DNA of 17,922 nucleotides from a virus: UHGV virus genome UHGV-0157346; one strand, 5' to 3'. Shown piece by piece: positions 1 to 9,238 of this stretch (position 1 is its first letter; each line of letters starts with the position of its first letter). The notes under the pieces were generated by a model. It saw only the letters and a program-made list of their open reading frames with translations, ran no database searches and was not told where the DNA came from. The position numbers and the translations under genes were made by a program.

Positions 1-26
1 TCTGAAAATGATATCTGCGGCCTGCA

Positions 27-52
27 ATAAAAAAGCCCACGGCGCGGTGGGC
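27..52 (-). terminator. Intrinsic terminator, second one downstream of pR'
   Basis: Minus strand reads gcccac-cgcgcc-gtgggc followed by tttttt (plus-strand A-run 27-34, stem 35-40/47-52). Confidence 0.55.
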
Positions 53-305
53 AATAGAGGGTAGTGCGTTGAGCTTTTGCTCTTATGGTCCTGGTAGGTA
101 TTTGGTGTGTGGTGACCGGTGCTGTGTTTTCCGGCATGTAAATGAACTACCCGTCGTCGCCATGGTGAGCCTTTACCTCACCATCTAGCTGATAAGTTAG
201 CGCATCAGCCTGCGCATTCACCACAACGATAATTGCACTGCGCCTGTTTCGGTTAGCGTAACGGGATTAACCGGTCACCCCAATGCAATTATCTGTTGTG
301 CAGAT

Positions 306-336
306 ACAAAAAAGCCCCGAGCTATTAACTCAGGGC
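306..336 (-). terminator. tR'-like intrinsic terminator of the pR' leader transcript
   Basis: Minus strand reads gccctgag-ttaatag-ctcggggc then tttttt, followed by gtatctgcacaacag, which matches the flank of lambda tR' as I recall it. Confidence 0.7.
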
Positions 337-365
337 TTTATTTAACGAGTGCATTTATCCATCGT

Positions 366-401
366 TGGGTCAAATTTACCCAACTTTATTCAAAAAGTCA
401 A
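366..401 (-). promoter_or_regulatory. Late promoter pR' with the Q-utilisation (qut) region
   Basis: Minus strand TTGACT (396-401), 17 bp spacer, TAAATT (373-378), directly downstream of the Q stop; the string ttgggtaaatttgac matches lambda pR' from memory. Confidence 0.7.
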
Positions 402-443
402 TATCATGCCGTAAAGATGTTGCCATCCGTGGCAATCATGCCG

Positions 444-1067
444 CTAACGTGTGACCGCATTCAAAATGTTGTCTGCGATTGACTCTTCTTTGTGGCATTG
501 CACCACCAGAGCGTCATACAGCGGCTTAACAGTGCGTGACCAGGTGGGTTGGGTAAGGTTTGGGATTAGCATCGTCACAGCGCGATATGCTGCGCTTGCT
601 GGCATCCTTGAATAGCCGACGCCTTTGCATCTTCCGCACTCTTTCTCGACAACTCTCCCCCACAGCTCTGTTTTGGCAATATCAACCGCACGGCCTGTAC
701 CGTGACAATCTCTGCATCTTGCGCCCGGCGTCGCGGCACTACGGCAATAATCCGCATAAGCGAATGTTGCGAGAACTTGCAGTACCTTTGCCTTAGTATT
801 TCCTTCAAGCTTTGCAACGCCACGGTATTTCCCCGATACCTTGTGTGCAAATTGCATCAGATAGTTGATAGCCTTTTGTTTGTCGTTCTGGCTGAGTTCA
901 TGCTTACCGCAGAATGCAGCCATTCCGAATCCGGCTTGTGATTGCGCCATCCCCATAGCAGCCATCACATCAGTACCGGAAAGAGAGTCAGAAGCCGTAG
1001 CCCGTGGTGAGTCGCTCATCATCGGGCTTTTGGGCGAATGAAATTTAGCTACGCTTTCGAGTCTCAT
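444..1067 (-). CDS. Q: Late-gene antiterminator Q, lambda type
   Basis: 207 aa; MRLESVAKFHSPKSPMMSDSPRATASD ... ADNILNAVTR matches lambda Q over its full length as I recall it; its start overlaps the stop of the upstream gene. Confidence 0.95.
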   Translation of the reverse strand: MRLESVAKFHSPKSPMMSDSPRATASDSLSGTDVMAAMGMAQSQAGFGMAAFCGKHELSQNDKQKAINYLMQFAHKVSGKYRGVAKLEGNTKAKVLQVLATFAYADYCRSAATPGARCRDCHGTGRAVDIAKTELWGRVVEKECGRCKGVGYSRMPASAAYRAVTMLIPNLTQPTWSRTVKPLYDALVVQCHKEESIADNILNAVTR

Positions 1068-1252
1068 CGTCTTCCCTTTTTGCCTGGCGTGACCATCAGG
1101 ACGCCGTTAACTATTGCGTGACGCTCGCCTTTGCTGTCTCTGTTGTACTTGAGCACTGTTCCTCTTGCGCAGGAAAGCATCCTCGCCACTTCGGTCTGAT
1201 TGCCTCGTGTCTGGATAAGAAGCTCTGGTATCGTTTGAATCGTGGCGTTCAT
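1064..1252 (-). CDS. ninH: NinH-like small DNA-binding protein
   Basis: 62 aa; motif GNQTEVARMLSCARGTVLKY...HAIVNGVLMV resembles lambda NinH (GNQTEVARRLKCSRGTVRKY); sits immediately upstream of Q as in lambda. Confidence 0.75.
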   Translation of the reverse strand: MNATIQTIPELLIQTRGNQTEVARMLSCARGTVLKYNRDSKGERHAIVNGVLMVTPGKKGRR

Positions 1253-1611
1253 ACGTTCTCCAGTTCGGTGATTTTTATTCCAAGCCTTCCGCCTGGTACT
1301 TTCACACCACGAATTACGCGAATGTCATCGAATTGCTCGTCGTCTTCCGCAAATCCGGCGTGGATAAGGGAGTCGAGTAAACCCTTCAGGATGTTATCGA
1401 GGTCGCGGCGGCGGGAGTCTGGAACGTCTGCGATGACTTTGATGCGGAGTCTTGATTTGGTGAAAATGTCTAACTTGAGTTGGCGGATGATTTGCTGAAC
1501 GTCTTTTCGGTATTTCTGGCCTTTATCGCTGATGTAGTATTGGCTTCCCCGTCTTCGCCAGTAGGTGTTCACCGACGGCGGGTAAGGAAGCACAAACTGA
1601 TATTCGTTCAT
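1249..1611 (-). CDS. rusA: RusA-family Holliday junction resolvase
   Basis: 120 aa; conserved RusA pattern (LPYPPSVNTYW ... DVPDSRRRDLDNILKGLLDSL ... GGRLGIKITE) comparable to DLP12 RusA. Confidence 0.85.
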   Translation of the reverse strand: MNEYQFVLPYPPSVNTYWRRRGSQYYISDKGQKYRKDVQQIIRQLKLDIFTKSRLRIKVIADVPDSRRRDLDNILKGLLDSLIHAGFAEDDEQFDDIRVIRGVKVPGGRLGIKITELENV

Positions 1612-1898
1612 GGCTTAATCTTCCCCTCCTTCAGCAGGATCGCCTGCGTCCTGATCACGCCTTCGAGGTGATAAAGTCTGGCGTCTTTGTTGTCGAGATT
1701 ATGGGTGCGTCGGTCGATCTCCGCGTGGCAGTCGCTACAAGCCCATGCGCCGATCAGGTCGGCAGGCTTCATTCCCGTTCCGCAAATTCCAGCCATCCGG
1801 TAATGTGCCAGAACTGTAGTTTCAGGATTGCCATTGCATACGCCGTAAATACGTACCTGACATTCTCTGCCGCGTGCTTCTTTGCGTAGATTGGCCAT
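1608..1898 (-). CDS. ybcO: YbcO-like (DUF1364) Cys/His-rich putative nuclease
   Basis: 96 aa; ARGRECQVRIYGVCNGNPETTVLAH ... CSDCHAEIDRRTH closely resembles DLP12 YbcO as recalled. Confidence 0.8.
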   Translation of the reverse strand: MANLRKEARGRECQVRIYGVCNGNPETTVLAHYRMAGICGTGMKPADLIGAWACSDCHAEIDRRTHNLDNKDARLYHLEGVIRTQAILLKEGKIKP

Positions 1899-2068
1899 TA
1901 AGCAGCCTCCCCTGTTACTTTCAGCATTCCGTTATCGAGCAGCTTTCTGGTCAGCCACTGTTGACCACGCCCGGTGATTTTTGTGGTGAACGATATCTGT
2001 ATTCCGTGATTTGTGTTGACCGCTGTTTCTTTCACTGTGAAATAGCCGCGATCCATATATTCCTGCAT
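1898..2068 (-). CDS. Hypothetical small nin-region protein, 56 aa (52 aa if started at the second ATG, 2056)
   Basis: Translated by hand (MQEYMDRGYFTVKETAVNTNHGIQISFTTKITGRGQQWLTRKLLDNGMLKVTGEAA); its TAA stop overlaps the ybcO ATG (TAATG); not in the ORF track because it is under 60 aa. Confidence 0.45.
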   Translation of the reverse strand: MQEYMDRGYFTVKETAVNTNHGIQISFTTKITGRGQQWLTRKLLDNGMLKVTGEAA

Positions 2069-2104
2069 TGGCACATTGCGCCGGGAACCTGAAGCAATAA
2101 GGAT

Positions 2105-2623
2105 TTAGTGATCGCGCATCCACGCAAACAGTTTGTTTGGACCAATTCCAACAACCTTTGCAAAGTTTCCAATCAAAATTCCGCTGGCCTCGCCAACGCG
2201 ATCGGCAAACTCAACTTTAGGTGCGGCAATTGCGAGCTGGTTTTCCAGTTGCATTTTCTGCTCAGCAAGGTCAGCAGCAAGGCGCAACGCTTCTGGTAGC
2301 GTTTTGGGGATATTAACCGCAGCTTCTTCAAGCTCTCGCCAACGGTCAACAAGACGAGCGGTGAATTCCGGCGACAACTGGGCAACGACAATAATGCTGT
2401 CGCGCTTACCTTGTTCGCCTTCGAAGACGTAGAAATCACGCCTCCCGGTAATAACACCTAAATCATTGATTATGTTAGTGTGCTGCAATGCAGGAGGCTT
2501 GATAACGCCACGTTTCACCAATCTATCTATGGATACTTTTACATTGCTATGGCGGCTTTCTACCAACTCAGCGATTTCAATGCTTGTCATTTTGATGGCA
2601 TTGCCATTCATTAACTCACTCAT
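2105..2623 (-). CDS. Rha/antirepressor-like phage regulatory protein
   Basis: 172 aa; N-terminal segment resembles the Rha family and the C-terminal ...FAKVVGIGPNKLFAWMRDH is typical of antirepressor C-terminal domains; family assignment is from memory only. Confidence 0.5.
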   Translation of the reverse strand: MSELMNGNAIKMTSIEIAELVESRHSNVKVSIDRLVKRGVIKPPALQHTNIINDLGVITGRRDFYVFEGEQGKRDSIIVVAQLSPEFTARLVDRWRELEEAAVNIPKTLPEALRLAADLAEQKMQLENQLAIAAPKVEFADRVGEASGILIGNFAKVVGIGPNKLFAWMRDH

Positions 2624-2786
2624 CGTCTTCTTCCTCGTACATTGAGCTATTCGGATCGCTCATCAGTTCTGCGCAGCAATCGGAGCACACGTGAACTTCC
2701 AGCACATGCAGCTTCTGACCGCAGTTAGCGCACGTTAAAGCCCGCTCGACGCTTTCTTGTTCGTAACTTCGATTTGGGTCAATCAC
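2616..2786 (-). CDS. ninF: NinF-like small zinc-ribbon protein, GTG start
   Basis: Hand translation gives [56 protein letters not shown], matching lambda NinF; its GTG overlaps the NinE TGA stop (GTGA) and its stop overlaps the Rha-like start. Confidence 0.7.
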   Translation of the reverse strand: MIDPNRSYEQESVERALTCANCGQKLHVLEVHVCSDCCAELMSDPNSSMYEEEDDE

Positions 2787-2965
2787 CTTGTATTCCTCGC
2801 ACGTTCTCTAAGCCACCGGATATCCCACAGGTGAGCCGTGTAGTTGAAGGTTTTTACGTCAGATTCTTTTGGGATTGGCTTGCGTTTATTTCTGGAGCGC
2901 TTCGTTGGAAGGTATTTGCAGTTTTCGCAGATTATGTCGGTGATGCTTCGTCGCTGTCGTCTCAT
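2783..2965 (-). CDS. ninE: NinE-like protein, 60 aa
   Basis: [60 protein letters not shown]; start chosen at the internal ATG that overlaps the NinB stop (ATGA); the track's longer 80-aa form would overlap NinB. Confidence 0.75.
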   Translation of the reverse strand: MRRQRRSITDIICENCKYLPTKRSRNKRKPIPKESDVKTFNYTAHLWDIRWLRERARNTR

Positions 2966-3402
2966 GCCGCCCTGTCTCCCCATCTTGCTTTCCACTCCAG
3001 AGCCAGTCGCGCTTCGTCTGACCACTTAACGCCACGCTCTGTACCGAATGCCTGTATAAGCTCTAATAGCTCCGCAAATTCGCTTACACGCATCCTGCTG
3101 GTTGACTGGCCTATTACCACAAAGCCATTCCCGGCAAGGTTAGGAACAACGTCCTGCTGCTTTAATGCTGCGGTAAACACACACTTCCAGCTTTCTGCAT
3201 CCAGCCAGCGACCATGCCATTCAACCTGACGAGAGACGTCACCAAGGCAAGCCCAAAGCTTTCGATTCTGGTCTAAGCTGCGGTTGCGTTCCTGAATGGT
3301 TACTACGATTGGTTTGGTTGGGTCTGGAAGAATTTGCTGTACCGCGTGAATAGCGTTTTGCTGATGTGCTGGGGATCGAATTTCAAAGGTTAGTTTTTTC
3401 AT
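2962..3402 (-). CDS. ninB: NinB recombination protein
   Basis: 146 aa, the same length as lambda NinB, with matching sequence as recalled ([21 protein letters not shown]...). Confidence 0.85.
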   Translation of the reverse strand: MKKLTFEIRSPAHQQNAIHAVQQILPDPTKPIVVTIQERNRSLDQNRKLWACLGDVSRQVEWHGRWLDAESWKCVFTAALKQQDVVPNLAGNGFVVIGQSTSRMRVSEFAELLELIQAFGTERGVKWSDEARLALEWKARWGDRAA

Positions 3403-3595
3403 GACTTCCCTCTCTAACAGATTTCAGGTTATTCCACTCCGTTACCGCACTGCGATAATTCGCGGCCGCCACAGCAGCGTGGTTAGCGCAGTAGATTTGG
3501 CACCCGTTCTCCATGTCGAATATTGTCGGTGATTTTCCGCATTTACATTTCTTGGCACGCGGTGCGTCTGAACACATTCCGTTAACGGTGTCCAT
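3383..3595 (-). CDS. Hypothetical Cys-rich small protein, 70 aa
   Basis: ORF with an AGGGG ribosome-binding site 7 nt upstream; motifs CKCGKSPTIF...CQIYCANH; first gene after the terminator at 3621-3650; overlaps the ninB start by 20 nt. Confidence 0.5.
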   Translation of the reverse strand: MDTVNGMCSDAPRAKKCKCGKSPTIFDMENGCQIYCANHAAVAAANYRSAVTEWNNLKSVREGSHEKTNL

Positions 3596-3620
3596 CAGGA
3601 TTCCCCTCGTTCTTAATCCA

Positions 3621-3650
3621 ATAAAAAAGGGCTACTGTGTAAATAGCCCC
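3621..3650 (-). terminator. tR2-like intrinsic terminator between the helicase gene and the nin region
   Basis: Minus strand reads ggggcta-tttacacag-tagccc then tttttt; lies between the helicase stop (3677) and the first nin-region ORF, the position of lambda tR2. Confidence 0.65.
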
Positions 3651-3676
3651 TGTTATTAACTCAGTGATGTAGATGG

Positions 3677-6070
3677 TCATACGTCAGCCCCTTGCGCATA
3701 TCGTCTGCCACGCGCAGCAGGTGCATTTGATGCTGTGCAAATCAGTCTGGCTTCATCCTGGTTACATGCAACAAAGTGTCCGTTACAGAACCGCTGGTAA
3801 ACCGTACCAAGTGAGCCAAAACGGTTTTTCGTCACGATGATTTCAGCAAATGGCGCGGCGCTACTGTTCTCGTCATATACCGACTCCCGATAGAGCATGA
3901 TGATTGAGTCTGCGTCCTGTTCAATGCTTCCTGAATCACGCAAATCTGCGTTTGTCGGGCGTTTGTTTGGTCGCTTCTCAACATCGCGCGAAAGCTGACT
4001 CAGGGAGATAACAGGCGTTTTCAGGTCCTTCGCCATCGCCTTCAGGCTTCCGGAGATGTGAGCAATTGCAAGGTCGTTGCGGTCTGCTTTCGGCTTCTCA
4101 ATCAGGCCAAGATAATCCGCCATGATGAGTGACAGGTTTGGATTTTCCTGTTTGTGCCGTTCTGCGATTGAGCGAATTTCTTCGACCGATAACCGCGAGG
4201 CATCGACTACCCATACATCCAAATCTGCAAGCTGACTCATGCCGTTAGCAACACGTGCCCAGCCCTCGTCATCCATCGATGCAGGATTTCGCAGTACGCT
4301 AACCGACATCCTCCCGGCGTTGGCAATGCTTCGCTCTGCAATCTGCAATGCGCTCATTTCCATTGAGAAAATCAATACCCCGCGCCGGACGTCAGAACCA
4401 GGAATAACGCGGCTTGCAACGCCTTCGGCAATCTTCAGCGCCAGTTCCGTATTGTGCGTAACGATGTAATCCGTTGTCACATAGAGATGGCTAGGATGGC
4501 TTACCATGATGCAGAGACACTCTTCTGGCTCAACAACTTCAACCGATTTGATACCCACACCAAGGTCGCCAAGCCTGTTAATCCCGAGATTTTTGCGTAT
4601 ACGTGGTGAGTGAATTTGCTCTATCAAAGATGATGGCAACTTCATGCTGACCATGTGTGCATCAAGTCCGTCATGCTTCTCTCCTTTGTACGTGTAAACT
4701 ATTCCCGTCCTGCTGGATTCTTTGGCGGTTCCACCTAAAGATCTAACAAGCCTTACTAATCCTTTAGCTAATTTCTGACTGGATGAACTAAAGCGGATGC
4801 ATCCGGCCTTCTCAACCCAGCCATCTGTCTCGAGAAGGCCAGTTAAAACACCGGTACGTATTTCTTTGCTAGCACTAAAAATTTCTGCTGGGATTTCCTT
4901 CTCGGACGCACCTTTCCCGATCATCCCAATGCCACGTAGTTTGTCCAATAGTGGGTTCTTCTGGCCTTTTTGGTTGCTTATCAAATAATCATTCTCTCCT
5001 ACCTTAACCAGTCGCAGTGGTGCAATTGCATCACTCATGCGGCTCAGGACATATTCTTCCGAGTTGGTGAATTTGATGCCTTTTATCAACGAACCGTCAC
5101 CAAGTAGAGCCCCAATAACCCAACCATCAAGGGGAATATTTTTACCAAAGTCTCCGGTCAAGGATGGCACTCTTATTCTTCCCTGATAACGTGTTTTTTG
5201 TAGCATCCCAGCCAGCGCATCAGTATCAACAACGCGTTTACCAGTAAATCTTGATGATGAAATTTCCCATAAGTGGTTGTCGGCACATTTCACGCTACGT
5301 CCGTCTTCAAAGGTGACTAAATATGTGAATTTCTTCCCTTGCGGGAAGACGCCAATTACCTCCGAAGGAAGCCCGTCTATTGACGCGATGCGATCGCCAA
5401 TTTTGACTTCTCCGTGAGTAGTCCAGGTGCCATCTGCAAGTAAAATCCCTTCGCTTAGCGCCATTGCTTTCCCCATACCAGGACGAGCGGCGATAATCAC
5501 CAGGTCTTCCGCGTTCATCCCTCCGGTGATAGCGTCAAGTTCTTCGATTCCGGTCTTCAGGGTATCTGACTCTTCTCCGTTCCTCAGACGCCTGTCAAGC
5601 GTGTCAGTGTAGTCAGTGATGATTTCACCTAACCGTACCGGTTTAACCTCGTCACGGGGCTTTCTGATGGCTGAGAGACGCTTTACAAGTTCATCCATCG
5701 CCTGACTCGATGCGTCGATGGTTCCGCTCTGAATTGGTTCACGCATTTCATCCATGATTTCCAGCACCAGACGGCGGTGATAGTTATCCGCGACCATTCC
5801 GGCATATCCCTTCAGGTTTGCGGCACTCGGGCAGTTTTTGCTGGTCATCAGGATTGACGTGAAATGCTCCTCTCCGCACGCCTCGGCAACCATCAGCGCG
5901 TCGATTAGGTTTCTGTTTCGCGCCTGCTTGCGGATAACCTCGAAGGCTTTCCGGTAGAGCGGAATTGAAAACGCTTCCGGCTCAAGCGTTGCCAGAACGT
6001 CACTGGCAGTTGGTGTTAATCCACCAATCAGCAGGCCACCGATAACGCTCGCTTCGATATCCTGTTTCAT
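3677..6070 (-). CDS. DnaB-family replicative helicase precursor with an intein in the Walker A motif
   Basis: 797 aa. Residues 1-201 and 541-797 align with the DnaB N-domain and RecA-like core ([13 protein letters not shown]; [10 protein letters not shown]; [16 protein letters not shown]; [20 protein letters not shown]). ATGA overlap with the upstream O-like gene. Confidence 0.9.
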   Translation of the reverse strand: MKQDIEASVIGGLLIGGLTPTASDVLATLEPEAFSIPLYRKAFEVIRKQARNRNLIDALMVAEACGEEHFTSILMTSKNCPSAANLKGYAGMVADNYHRRLVLEIMDEMREPIQSGTIDASSQAMDELVKRLSAIRKPRDEVKPVRLGEIITDYTDTLDRRLRNGEESDTLKTGIEELDAITGGMNAEDLVIIAARPGMGKAMALSEGILLADGTWTTHGEVKIGDRIASIDGLPSEVIGVFPQGKKFTYLVTFEDGRSVKCADNHLWEISSSRFTGKRVVDTDALAGMLQKTRYQGRIRVPSLTGDFGKNIPLDGWVIGALLGDGSLIKGIKFTNSEEYVLSRMSDAIAPLRLVKVGENDYLISNQKGQKNPLLDKLRGIGMIGKGASEKEIPAEIFSASKEIRTGVLTGLLETDGWVEKAGCIRFSSSSQKLAKGLVRLVRSLGGTAKESSRTGIVYTYKGEKHDGLDAHMVSMKLPSSLIEQIHSPRIRKNLGINRLGDLGVGIKSVEVVEPEECLCIMVSHPSHLYVTTDYIVTHNTELALKIAEGVASRVIPGSDVRRGVLIFSMEMSALQIAERSIANAGRMSVSVLRNPASMDDEGWARVANGMSQLADLDVWVVDASRLSVEEIRSIAERHKQENPNLSLIMADYLGLIEKPKADRNDLAIAHISGSLKAMAKDLKTPVISLSQLSRDVEKRPNKRPTNADLRDSGSIEQDADSIIMLYRESVYDENSSAAPFAEIIVTKNRFGSLGTVYQRFCNGHFVACNQDEARLICTASNAPAARGRRYAQGADV
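4451..5467 (-). other. Intein with LAGLIDADG homing-endonuclease domain, residues about 202-540 of the helicase
   Basis: Insertion between GMGK and T of Walker A; ends ...DYIVTHN with +1 Thr; two LAGLIDADG-like motifs ([29 protein letters not shown]); NHLW in block B and Cys in block F; first residue is Ala. Confidence 0.8.
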
Positions 6071-7014
6071 GCAATCCCCCTGTCTGCAAACTTTCCTTCC
6101 CGTACTCCCGTTAACGAATCTTCCCTCAGCAGGTAATCAAAATCTGCCGTCCAGCCCGTGTCGTTGTCTCCGAAGTAAAACGGCTTGGCCTGATGCACAA
6201 ACGCCCTGACATACGCTCTGAAACCGTCCACGTTTGGCGTTTTCAGTTGCGGGATGATTTTCTTCAGGCGGCGTTTGCGTTTCTCGTTGACCGCAACAGC
6301 GTGTGGCAGTCTGTCACCGACTTCGGTGTTGTAGGCGTTCAGGAAGGATTCGTAGTCGATTCGTTCTGCCTTGCGACGTTCATGTTTAACCTGCCCATCG
6401 CCTCCCCCATTGGGGGGTAGGGGGGTATTATTTATATTCTTGTTAATACCTTCTTGTTCATGATGTGCGGTTGTTTGTGCGGCTTCATGTGCGCTTTCAT
6501 GTGCGGTATGTACGCTGAAAGCCGCGCCATTACTGGCTTCATCATGTGCGGCATCATGTGCGGTTGTTTGTGCGGCTTCATGTGCGGGTGAATTGTCCAT
6601 TTTTTGAGCATATTCATGGTAATTTGTGATAGTGATCACACGACCTTTTTGCTTCTCTCCATCAATGGAGATCATCCCCTCTTTCACAAAAACCTGAAGC
6701 ATCCGCTCAACCTGATCACGGCTTGCCGGCTTGCCATGCCTGTCGCATAACTGAAGACCTAAATCAGCTGCTGTCACAACCAGTTGACCGGGTTGCAGAT
6801 GCCATTCATGACCTTTGAAATTCGCTTTGTATGGCTTTCTGGCGGCATTCAGGAGAAGGTTTTCCCACAGGGTGCGAAGATAAACATCTTTCGCCCATGA
6901 CTGTTTCAGAATGCTCCGGTACAACGGAATGTAACCAGTTTTCTGGTTCTCCATCCTGTTGCTCCTGCGCTCGTGTGCGGCGCTGAAATCGTAGATTTTT
7001 GCTGTATTGCTCAT
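6067..7014 (-). CDS. Replication initiator, lambda O-like, with the origin embedded in its coding sequence
   Basis: 315 aa; N-terminus [10 protein letters not shown] resembles lambda O (MTNTAKILNF); the central region is encoded by the iterons (repeated [10 protein letters not shown] peptide); tightly coupled to the helicase gene. Confidence 0.7.
   Translation of the reverse strand: MSNTAKIYDFSAAHERRSNRMENQKTGYIPLYRSILKQSWAKDVYLRTLWENLLLNAARKPYKANFKGHEWHLQPGQLVVTAADLGLQLCDRHGKPASRDQVERMLQVFVKEGMISIDGEKQKGRVITITNYHEYAQKMDNSPAHEAAQTTAHDAAHDEASNGAAFSVHTAHESAHEAAQTTAHHEQEGINKNINNTPLPPNGGGDGQVKHERRKAERIDYESFLNAYNTEVGDRLPHAVAVNEKRKRRLKKIIPQLKTPNVDGFRAYVRAFVHQAKPFYFGDNDTGWTADFDYLLREDSLTGVREGKFADRGIA
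6395..6458. promoter_or_regulatory. Origin-flanking G/C near-palindrome and AT-rich block, a putative unwinding element
   Basis: cctcccccattggggggtaggggggta followed by ttatttatattcttgttaatacc, immediately beside the iterons and on the same side relative to gene direction as the AT-rich region of lambda ori. Confidence 0.55.
6459..6587. repeat. Origin iterons: two clusters of four tandem 12-bp repeats, consensus yttcatgtgcgg
   Basis: Units at 6459-6470, 6471-6482, 6483-6494, 6495-6506 and 6540-6551, 6552-6563, 6564-6575, 6576-6587, separated by a 33-bp spacer; a 36-mer is duplicated almost exactly. Confidence 0.8.
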
Positions 7015-7016
7015 AA

Positions 7017-7289
7017 CTACCTGCCTTGACGAAAGACCTTAAGAACATCGTTAAACTGACTTACGGATATGTCTTCTTTGAGCAGCTTTTCCAGAAATGC
7101 GTTTGGAATGAACGTATATCCCTCCTCTTTTGGTAGAGACGGGATCAACGCCCTCGCCTCAGCCTTCAGAAGCTCAGTTCTGGCAACTTTCACAAAAGAG
7201 ATTTGAGTTCTTTCATCAATGGAACGAAGGAAGCGCAAACGCTTAGCTTCTTTGTGTGTATCAGGTGGATTAAAGCCTTTGTTTCGCAT
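7017..7289 (-). CDS. Hypothetical 90-aa protein between cII and the O-like gene
   Basis: ATG at 7289 with AGGT ribosome-binding site 7 nt upstream (MRNKGFNPPDTHKEAKRLRFLRSIDERTQ...); stop 2 nt before the O-like ATG. The track's 141-aa form would overlap cII. Confidence 0.55.
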   Translation of the reverse strand: MRNKGFNPPDTHKEAKRLRFLRSIDERTQISFVKVARTELLKAEARALIPSLPKEEGYTFIPNAFLEKLLKEDISVSQFNDVLKVFRQGR

Positions 7290-7366
7290 ATAATTACCTA
7301 GTTGGATGTTGTTAAAATTCCATTTGTATTTGATCAGAACGCTCGGTTGCCGCCGGGCGTTTTTTA
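7290..7366 (+). ncRNA. oop: oop-like antisense RNA opposite the 3' end of cII
   Basis: 3' portion ttgatcagaacgctcggttgccgccgggcgttttttatt matches the lambda oop 3' end and terminator as recalled; the 5' end is inferred from lambda's 77-nt length only. Confidence 0.5.
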
Positions 7367-7605
7367 TTGGTGAGAATCGAAGCAACTTGTCGCGCCAATC
7401 GAGCCATGTCGTCGTCAACGACCCCCCATTCAAGAACAGCAAGCAGCATTGAGAACTTTGGAATCCAGTCTCTCTTCCACCTGCTTATCTGCGACTTATC
7501 AACTCCCACAGCTTCCGCTGTCTTCTCAGTTCCAAGCATTGCGATTTTGTTAAGCAACGCACTCTCGATTCGTAGAGCCTCGTTGCGTTTGTTTGCACGA
7601 ACCAT
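7312..7605 (-). CDS. cII: Transcriptional activator cII
   Basis: 97 aa from MVRANKRNEALRIESALLNKIAMLGTEKTAEAVGVDKSQISRWKRDWIPKF ... QIQMEF, which matches lambda CII; the lambda-like tR1/leader sequence lies upstream. Confidence 0.95.
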   Translation of the reverse strand: MVRANKRNEALRIESALLNKIAMLGTEKTAEAVGVDKSQISRWKRDWIPKFSMLLAVLEWGVVDDDMARLARQVASILTNKKRPAATERSDQIQMEF

Positions 7606-7684
7606 ATGTAAGTATTTCCTTAGATAACAATTGATTGAATGTATGCAAATAAATGCATACACCATAGGTGTGGTTTAATTTGAT

Positions 7685-7716
7685 GCCCTTTTTCAGGGCT
7701 GGGATGTGTAAGAGCG
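7685..7716 (-). promoter_or_regulatory. nutR (boxA and boxB)
   Basis: Minus strand CGCTCTTAC (boxA, 7708-7716) and GCCCTGAAAAAGGGC (boxB, 7685-7699), the lambda nutR sequences, between cro and cII. Confidence 0.85.
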
Positions 7717-7724
7717 GGAATGTC

Positions 7725-8999
<1,275 letters not shown>

Positions 9000-9126
9000 T
9001 GAATATCCCAGGTATGCAACAACTTACATCAACCAAATCCTTTGTTGGTGATGTAGTCGGAACCTGCAACCAGTAATCCCCACCTCAATCTCGATAACCA
9101 AAAAACAAACTATTTTCCGTTTAAAA

Positions 9127-9194
9127 ACAACGGAGTTTGTTTTTCACGCCTCTTTTTACAATTTTTCTTGTTTACAACATACAATCTTTCTTGT
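9127..9194. promoter_or_regulatory. Left operator region (OL sites) with PL reading on the plus strand
   Basis: Three ACAA-N6-TTGT sites at 9127-9140, 9158-9171 and 9181-9194; candidate -35 TTTACA (9171-9176) and -10 TAATTT (9194-9199); exact promoter hexamers uncertain. Confidence 0.7.
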
Positions 9195-9238
9195 AATTTT
9201 AAGCCATCGGCAGGACGCACTAACCACCATGAAGGTGA

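Noticed and set aside
173-190. Hairpin ggtgagg-taaagg-ctcacc as another terminator
   Set aside because: No adjacent T-run on either strand; likely an incidental inverted repeat in the untranslated leader.
560-941. Three ORFs (560-796 +, 575-850 -, 702-941 +) overlapping Q
   Set aside because: All lie entirely within the well-supported Q coding sequence in other frames or on the other strand, with no independent support.
1118-1671. Plus-strand ORFs 1118-1498 and 1480-1671
   Set aside because: Antisense to ninH, rusA and ybcO, which have strong protein-family support; no ribosome-binding sites noted.
4239-5612. Plus-strand ORFs 4239-4469, 4797-4988 and 5427-5612 inside the helicase/intein gene
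   Set aside because: Antisense to a long, well-supported coding region; short; composition-driven.
6459-6587. Possible CRISPR array (short direct repeats)
   Set aside because: Units are 12 bp, contiguous with no unique spacers, and lie inside a replication-initiator gene beside an AT-rich block; this is an iteron origin, not a CRISPR array.
6432-6617. 61-aa minus-strand ORF with repeated HMKPH peptide
   Set aside because: It is the alternative-frame translation of the origin iterons inside the O-like gene; the repetition comes from the DNA repeats, not from a protein-coding signal.
7017-7442. 141-aa long form of the ORF between cII and O
   Set aside because: The upstream 51 codons overlap the 3' end of cII in another frame; the internal ATG at 7289 with a ribosome-binding site gives a non-overlapping 90-aa product.
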